64,000 bases of DNA from NCBI GenBank assembly GCA_963843145.1, contig CAWJJC010000020.1, forward strand, positions 32,001-96,000. Direction: 5' to 3'. The number at the start of each line of letters is the position of its first letter. Position 1 is the first letter of the stretch. Origin of the DNA: an uncultured delta proteobacterium. GTDB lineage: Bacteria; Desulfobacterota; RBG-13-43-22. The translations under genes and the position numbers were made by a program. The notes under the pieces were generated by a model. The model searched no databases, was not told where the DNA came from, and saw only the letters and a program-made list of their open reading frames with translations. Below are positions 58,453-64,000 of the stretch, piece after piece.

Positions 58453-58908
58453 TTATTTTTCCACCGGATAGCCGGCCTCGACCCATTCTTGGAGCTGCGC
58501 ATTCATCAACACGGCATTTTTGTAACCCAGATCATTCAGCGTCTTCGTGGCCAGGGCCGAACGTACTGCCGATTGGCAGTACACATAGATCTTGGCATCT
58601 TGATCAGGGACCTTTTCCCAGATCCTAAGTTCCAAGGTCCCCCGGGAAATGTTGATCGCCCCGGGAAGATGGCCGGCAGCAAACTCCCAGGGATCCCGGA
58701 CATCAAGGATTACGACCTGCGCCTTCTTATCCAAGGCCTCCTTCACTTCGGCGGCCGTGACCATCCTGACCGCCGCCCTGGCCTTTTCTACCATCTCCAG
58801 CACCATCGGCGGATGCTCCGCGGAATAAACGGTCTGCGTCCAGGTTTGACTCAGCCAGGATCCGGCCAGCAGGAAAACCAACAGGAAACAGATTTCTTTT
58901 CGGTTCAA
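58453..58908 (-). CDS. Exported rhodanese-like protein
   Basis: ILDVRDP.EF..GHLPGA, VYCQSAVRS; TTG start after aaggagg. Confidence 0.88.
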   Translation of the reverse strand: MNRKEICFLLVFLLAGSWLSQTWTQTVYSAEHPPMVLEMVEKARAAVRMVTAAEVKEALDKKAQVVILDVRDPWEFAAGHLPGAINISRGTLELRIWEKVPDQDAKIYVYCQSAVRSALATKTLNDLGYKNAVLMNAQLQEWVEAGYPVEK

Positions 58909-58960
58909 TCTCTCTACCTCCTTGGTTTCAGGGATTTTATTAGCAATTCGAAACGTTCGT

Positions 58961-60205
58961 TTAAAACGTGTGCCCACCGACCCCCCCCTGCCCTGTATAG
59001 CTGCCCCATTCCCGGATCAGAGACGACAGCTTCCCCTCCTTAATTGCCGATCGGATTTCCTTCATCAGGATCTCCATGAATTGCAGGTTGTGCCGGACGG
59101 CGAGGTGCATCCCCAGTGGTTCCCCAGCCATAAAAAGATGCCGAAGGTAGGCCCGGGAATAGCCCCGGCAGGTTGCACAGGGGCAGTCCTCCTCAATGGG
59201 CCGAAGGTCTTTCCGAAAAGTTTCATTCCGGATCCGGAGACGGAAGCGCTTTTCCCGTTTAGCCAGCAGCGTCCCGGTCAGGGCCAGACGGGTGGGTGCG
59301 GCGCAGTCCAGGAGGTCGATCCCCTGTTCGACCGCCTTCAAGACGTCCTCCACCCAGCCGATGCCCAGGAGGTGTCGGGGTTTGAGTTCCGGCAGAGAGG
59401 GGATAGTCCACTCCAAGACCTGCGCCATGCGGGCCCGGGATTGGCCCAGGTAACCGCCGATAGCCAGGCCGTCAAAGGCCTGTCCGGCAACAAACCGGGC
59501 GCTCTCCCGCCGCAGGTCTTCGAAGTCTCCCCCCTGAATAATGCCGAAGAGGGCCTGCCCCCCGAACGGGCACCGTTGAAAGGCGGCCAGGGACCGCAGT
59601 GCCCAGCGATGGGTGCGTTCCAGGGCGGCCCGAGTTTCCCCGTAAGAATAAAGCGGAGAGGTGCATTCGTCCAGGGGCATGATCAGATCGGCCCCCAGGT
59701 CCAGGCCGCTCTCCACCACCCCTTCAGGGCTGAAGCGATGCCGGGACCCATCCCGATAGGAAATGAACTCGGCCCCGTCCTCATCCAGCCGCACCAGCGA
59801 TTTGGCCTTCATGGCCGGAGGGTGCTGGTCCCGGTCCCCTTCCCCGGTAAATTCGGAGGCCACCTTGCTCAAGCCGTGTTTCCGGCCGGCGCCCAAGCTG
59901 AAGATTTGAAAGCCGCCGGAATCGATCACGATCGGCCCCTGCCAGCCCATAAATTGCTGGAGCCCGCCGGCGGCCCGGATCACCTCTTCCCCGGGTTGCA
60001 AGTGCAGGTGAAAAGCGTTAGTGATCAGGACCTGAGAGCCGACGGCCTTCAGATCCTCAGCGGAAAGACCGGAGATGGCAGCCCGGGTGGCTACCGGGAC
60101 AAAAGCCGGTGTCTCGATAACACCGTGAGGGGTGGAAAGACGCCCGGCCCGGGCCCGCCGGTCCCGGGCCGCTATTTCGAAGGAAAAGACAGCCGCCTTA
60201 ACCAT
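58961..60205 (-). CDS. tgt: tRNA-guanine transglycosylase
   Basis: TPAFVPVAT, DSGGFQ, LDEC, FGIIQGG, HLLGIG, D.LDC, CPCATC..Y.RAYL.HL, HNL. Confidence 0.93.
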   Translation of the reverse strand: MVKAAVFSFEIAARDRRARAGRLSTPHGVIETPAFVPVATRAAISGLSAEDLKAVGSQVLITNAFHLHLQPGEEVIRAAGGLQQFMGWQGPIVIDSGGFQIFSLGAGRKHGLSKVASEFTGEGDRDQHPPAMKAKSLVRLDEDGAEFISYRDGSRHRFSPEGVVESGLDLGADLIMPLDECTSPLYSYGETRAALERTHRWALRSLAAFQRCPFGGQALFGIIQGGDFEDLRRESARFVAGQAFDGLAIGGYLGQSRARMAQVLEWTIPSLPELKPRHLLGIGWVEDVLKAVEQGIDLLDCAAPTRLALTGTLLAKREKRFRLRIRNETFRKDLRPIEEDCPCATCRGYSRAYLRHLFMAGEPLGMHLAVRHNLQFMEILMKEIRSAIKEGKLSSLIREWGSYTGQGGVGGHTF

Positions 60206-60270
60206 GATCCCCTCACCCCAACCCGGCTCTTACCCCCGCCTTCGTCGGGGTGGACCTTCCGGCGAAATCC

Positions 60271-60588
60271 TCAGGCTTCATCCCTGATGATCTCAGCGCT
60301 CAGGTTATCCACGATCACCGGTGTTTCGAAATAGGTTACGGTCGGCTCCGACCCGTATTTTTCAAAAATAAACTTTTTCCAATCCACCGTATACAGCCGT
60401 TCCGCAGACTCCCGGGATTTCCACAAATAAACGCCTCCTCCCGTCCCTCCGTCGGCCGAAAGAATATAGTATTTTCGAATAAGCCCGTCGACCTCCCGGT
60501 ACTTCGGGGCCGTACCTAAAAAAATCTCCCGGGCTTGGGCGCGGGTAATCGGCTTTGGCAGCTTAAATTGAATCAGAGCAGTAATCAT
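60271..60588 (-). CDS. YdhR-family putative monooxygenase
   Basis: TAPKY..V.GLIRKYY......GGVYLW. Confidence 0.82.
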   Translation of the reverse strand: MITALIQFKLPKPITRAQAREIFLGTAPKYREVDGLIRKYYILSADGGTGGGVYLWKSRESAERLYTVDWKKFIFEKYGSEPTVTYFETPVIVDNLSAEIIRDEA

Positions 60589-60900
60589 GTTTATTCTCCT
60601 TTCCCTATCCGGATTAATCGTGGGTCATCCAGTTTTTGACCAATAAATATACCCTTTCTTATATCGATTATAATTATAGCTTATTCCCGAACAAAAAGCA
60701 TCTCTTGCCGGGAGGAGCTTCCAAATTCCATGGACAACATACTAAATCGCCCTATTGATTGCCTAAGCCGAGAACGAGGTGGTCTAAGCCCTGGGAACGC
60801 AACGAGTTATTATCTTATAAATGGGAGGTGGGGGAAGGCCTATGGGCCTTCCCCCGAGGAGGAGGAATGAGCTGAAGCAGTCGGACCTGCCGGGCAAGAA

Positions 60901-61113
60901 TTAGTAGAGAGAACCCTCTTTCATTCGTTGGGTAACCTGGGGACGCCTTCTCGAAACATTTTCGAAGCGGCCCAAGGTGGTCTTCCGGAAAAGGGAGCGC
61001 ATTTCATCCCTTACTTTCCGGTAACAGGATAGACAAATTCCGTGGGATATTTCATCTTTTCCCGGAACTCGACTGATCTCCTGGTTGCACCAGGAACAAC
61101 TTACGACAAACAC
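60901..61113 (-). CDS. Small CxxC...CxxC protein
   Basis: CSWC...ISHGICLSC; RBS aagga; upstream sigma54 site and downstream hairpin. Confidence 0.65.
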   Translation of the reverse strand: MFVVSCSWCNQEISRVPGKDEISHGICLSCYRKVRDEMRSLFRKTTLGRFENVSRRRPQVTQRMKEGSLY

Positions 61114-61192
61114 CGGACACCATCCTTTCTTCCTTGTTCGAAAACAATAAGTCTAAAAGGTGGACCATTTCCTTTCCTTATCGTTATTTAAA

Positions 61193-61209
61193 AGCAATAA
61201 AGATGCCAG
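61193..61209 (-). promoter_or_regulatory. Putative sigma54 promoter
   Basis: CTGGCATCTTTATTGCT on the minus strand (GG-N10-GC). Confidence 0.65.
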
Positions 61210-61451
61210 ATAGCCCGGAATAACTTGCAAAAATGTAACTATATGAAATAACAAAATAAAAAAAACATGATGGGGCCGGCCCTTCTTCTTGGAGCCGGAC
61301 TGGAAGGGCAAGGCCTTCATCTAAAACCGCCAAACTGTATGGATTTGAATATGGGCGCCTGTCACGAAAATAACGAAATCCGGCAGAACAAGGAAAGATT
61401 AGAGATTTTTTATTGCTGGAGTTTTCTATGTTTTCTTGTTAGTAGAAAGGC

Positions 61452-61868
61452 ATGAAACTGCCTCAAGACCTGCTGGATCAATTCAACCGCAACTCCCTTT
61501 ATACCACCGTCGGGCTGCGGCTCAAAAAGGCCGAAGAAGGGAAAGCGGAATCCGTTCTGACCCCCGACCCCAAGGTTTGCTGGCCTTTCCCGACGCAACC
61601 CCATGGCGGGATACTGTTCACCATCATGGACACCACCATGGCCTGGGCCATTCAGTCCCTCCTGGACCAGGGTTTAAGTTGCACCACGATCGATCTGCAC
61701 ATTCAATACCTGGCCCCGGCCAAGGAAAGTCCCTTTACCTGTCTGGCCGAGACGACCCTCCAGAGCCGCCACCTGGCCTTTGTCCGAGCTGAAATTCGGG
61801 ACGCCCGCCAGCGGCCGATCGCCTCCGGTCAGGCCACCTTTAGAATTATAAAGATGGAACTGGTTTGA
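61452..61868 (+). CDS. PaaI-family thioesterase
   Basis: HGGILFTIMDTTMA, TIDLHIQYLAP. Confidence 0.88.
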   Translation: MKLPQDLLDQFNRNSLYTTVGLRLKKAEEGKAESVLTPDPKVCWPFPTQPHGGILFTIMDTTMAWAIQSLLDQGLSCTTIDLHIQYLAPAKESPFTCLAETTLQSRHLAFVRAEIRDARQRPIASGQATFRIIKMELV

Positions 61869-61951
61869 GGATTTGGTAATAAGGGCGTTGGCCGGATCTT
61901 CCCTGATTTCCGCAACGGGTTCTGCCGATCATCTCCACAAAACCCCTTTCC

Positions 61952-62848
61952 TCAGTCGCACTTTTGTTCTTCTTTACAGACGCCCTCGTCGCTGAAAGGA
62001 TTTAGAATTGGATGCGGTGCGCCCGGAGGAGGAAGAGGCAACAGCGATCCGGAATCTCCGGATTTTAGGTTCGGTTCCTTTTTTGAGGCAGGGAAGCCCG
62101 AAACAGAAGGAGTTGGCGTCCCTGATGATTGACAGGCGGCGAGATAGCGGCGAATGGACTCCTTTCCGGTCAGCAGGAGCTTTTCGTACCGCCCGTTCAC
62201 AAAGAGCGTAGGCACGCTGTCAACGCCCAGTGTCTTAAGGGTCGACGCGTATTCCTTGACCAGCACCGGAGTAATATCGAGATTGCCCTTATCGATCTCT
62301 TCCTTGATTTCCCTGCAATGCGGGCATTCCGTACTGTAGAACAGAATCATTTTTGGGTTGGAGGGCAGCGCCTTGCCTGGCGGCGGGAGGACGAACCCGA
62401 CAAAACACAGGACCACCGAGAAGGCGGCGAAACCCGCCGCCGCCTCTTTCCATCCCGCAAACAGCCGCAGGAGGCCGAGGCAAACAAAGATGCCGAACAC
62501 GCTCAAGCAGAGCAGGCATACCTCCGTAAGCCAGAATACCTGGTAGCCGACGAAAAATCCCTCGGCTGCCAGGGCCGCGATGAGGGCGAGGTTGATCGCC
62601 GAGTCGAGCAGCCCGCTCCGCCGCCTCCGGTTCAAACCCGACAATAGCGCCAGGAAGGCCAGCGCCATAAACCCGATGAGGATTATCGAGAGATCGCCGA
62701 AACGGGCGAGCTGGGCCACGAGACCGCACCCGCCGGAAACACAAATGCTCCTTCCGAAAACCTGCAGCCCTGCCTCCACCAATAGAAATAGTGCGCCCAG
62801 GACGCTGACGATAAAAAAGGCGGTCATACTCAATTGTCTTTCTTGCAT
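61952..62848 (-). CDS. VKOR-like membrane domain fused to thioredoxin/glutaredoxin domain
   Basis: Loop cysteines CVSGGC, TM CLLC, then FYSTECPHC...SVPTL. Confidence 0.75.
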   Translation of the reverse strand: MQERQLSMTAFFIVSVLGALFLLVEAGLQVFGRSICVSGGCGLVAQLARFGDLSIILIGFMALAFLALLSGLNRRRRSGLLDSAINLALIAALAAEGFFVGYQVFWLTEVCLLCLSVFGIFVCLGLLRLFAGWKEAAAGFAAFSVVLCFVGFVLPPPGKALPSNPKMILFYSTECPHCREIKEEIDKGNLDITPVLVKEYASTLKTLGVDSVPTLFVNGRYEKLLLTGKESIRRYLAACQSSGTPTPSVSGFPASKKEPNLKSGDSGSLLPLPPPGAPHPILNPFSDEGVCKEEQKCD

Positions 62849-62887
62849 GCGTGCTTTCCTTCTTCGGATTCCTCAGGGTTGGAATGT

Positions 62888-63766
62888 TCAGGCTTTTTTT
62901 AGATCTCGGACCGGGTTTATCAGGGTTTCAAAGCCGTCGATCCGGCACTCCACCCGGTCGCCGTCCTGAATCACCGCCGCCCCCGGGGTACCGGTGGAGA
63001 TGATGTCCCCGGGGAGGAGGGTCATGACCTCGGAGTGAAAAGCGACCAGAAAATCAGGAGGGAAGGTCATATTGGCCACCCGGTCGCCGGCCATGATTTG
63101 CCCGTTCAAGACCGTGGAGACGTTTAAATCCCGGACCTCGGTAATTTCATCGGGAGTCAACAGGACCGGACCGAAACTGAAGAAGGTGTCAAAGCTTTTA
63201 GACCGGGTCAGATAGCGGGGATTGCGCCGCAGGATGTCCTCGGCCGTCAGGTCGATGACGGTGGTAAATCCAGCCACCACCGAAAGCCAGTCTTCCCGGG
63301 CCACGTTTTTACAGGCCCGGCCGATGATGATCCCCAGTTCCGCCTCGGCGGTGGTCCGCTCCGACTGCCGGGGGATGAGGATGGTGTCCCCCGGACCGAT
63401 AATCGCGGTATCAGGTTTCATGAAACTGGCCGGTTCGGTCTCCGGGGCCTTTTCCGACAAATCTTGGGCGTGGGCCTTGTAGTTCAACCCGATGCCCCAG
63501 ATTTTCCGGGGGCGGCGGTACAGGGGGGCGAAGGAAATTTCCTTTTCGGGGACCAGGAATTTCACGAGACCCGCAAGCTCTTTCTCTCCGCCGGCCTGAT
63601 ACCAGTCGCGGATCTTTTCCAGCGCTCCCGTTTCAATCAAACCCAACAGGTCAGTGGGATATTTCCAACCGAAATGCTGGTTCAGAAACTCCAAGGATAG
63701 GATTCCACCCGGGACCATTATTCCGGCTTTTTCTTTGCCTTGGTATCTCAACGAAGCCAGTTTCAT
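62888..63766 (-). CDS. Fumarylacetoacetate hydrolase family protein
   Basis: GIGLNY..H, F.KP, EAELG, KSFDTF, LLPGDIISTGTP. Confidence 0.93.
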   Translation of the reverse strand: MKLASLRYQGKEKAGIMVPGGILSLEFLNQHFGWKYPTDLLGLIETGALEKIRDWYQAGGEKELAGLVKFLVPEKEISFAPLYRRPRKIWGIGLNYKAHAQDLSEKAPETEPASFMKPDTAIIGPGDTILIPRQSERTTAEAELGIIIGRACKNVAREDWLSVVAGFTTVIDLTAEDILRRNPRYLTRSKSFDTFFSFGPVLLTPDEITEVRDLNVSTVLNGQIMAGDRVANMTFPPDFLVAFHSEVMTLLPGDIISTGTPGAAVIQDGDRVECRIDGFETLINPVRDLKKA

Positions 63767-63784
63767 AGCGTTTTCCTTCCTTGA

Positions 63785-63806
63785 TTATATCATTAAAATG
63801 ATATAA
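63785..63806. promoter_or_regulatory. Palindromic operator upstream of antitoxin
   Basis: TTATATCATT-AA-AATGATATAA perfect inverted repeat overlapping a TATAAT -10. Confidence 0.65.
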
Positions 63807-63871
63807 TAATGATAAACAACGATTTTTCAATTATCCGTGAATTCCTCATCAATCAAATTATAGGAGAAGCC

Positions 63872-64000
63872 ATGCCATTAATAAAACCCATCTCGGACTT
63901 GCGCAACAAGACCAATGAAATCTCAGAGTATGCCCATCAACACGATGAGCCCATTTTTGTCACCAAAAACGGCGAAGGGGATCTGGTGGTCATGTCCATG
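63872..64000 (+). CDS. Phd/YefM-family antitoxin, 5' part
   Basis: MPLIKPISDLRNKTNEISEYAHQHDEPIFVTKNGEGDLVVMSM; RBS aggag. Confidence 0.88.
   Translation, partial: MPLIKPISDLRNKTNEISEYAHQHDEPIFVTKNGEGDLVVMSM

Noticed and set aside
45532-64000. Right att boundary of the tRNA island
   Set aside because: No duplicate of the tRNA 3' end was found by eye, so the island extent cannot be fixed.

Overview
GC-rich bacterial chromosome segment. Gene content (hypABF, sirC-ccsA-hemA, rnj-ftsK-lolA, sigma54 promoters) suggests a deltaproteobacterium/Desulfobacterota; this is inference. Most of the window is housekeeping or metabolic: pyrF, acuC-like deacetylase, GTP-PEPCK, two-component genes, ABC exporter, chelatase chlI/D, hypABF, iorAB-like molybdoenzyme, heme genes, ssb, plsC, rnj, ftsK, lolA, tgt. 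A tRNA-Arg(ACG) at 45455 is followed by a decayed island: an integrase C-terminus joined to a truncated recD2, degenerate attC-like sites and small accessory genes. The best candidate for an undescribed system is the minus-strand operon at 1-4887. It encodes a GxxxG/DUF5132-like small protein, an HMA2-like membrane protein, a 22-residue amphipathic-repeat protein and an HMA2-capped P2A-type (Ca2+-like) ATPase, translationally coupled to a MetK start. This resembles ferrosome (fez) architecture but with a different pump class. Other notable items: a -1 slippery chlD gene, a MoxR pair lacking a canonical VWA partner, an orphan cobalamin-riboswitch-like relic, several families of palindromic miniature repeats, small ORFs missed by the ORF track, and several single-base frameshifts that may be assembly errors. 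Family names come from motif recognition only; no searches were run.
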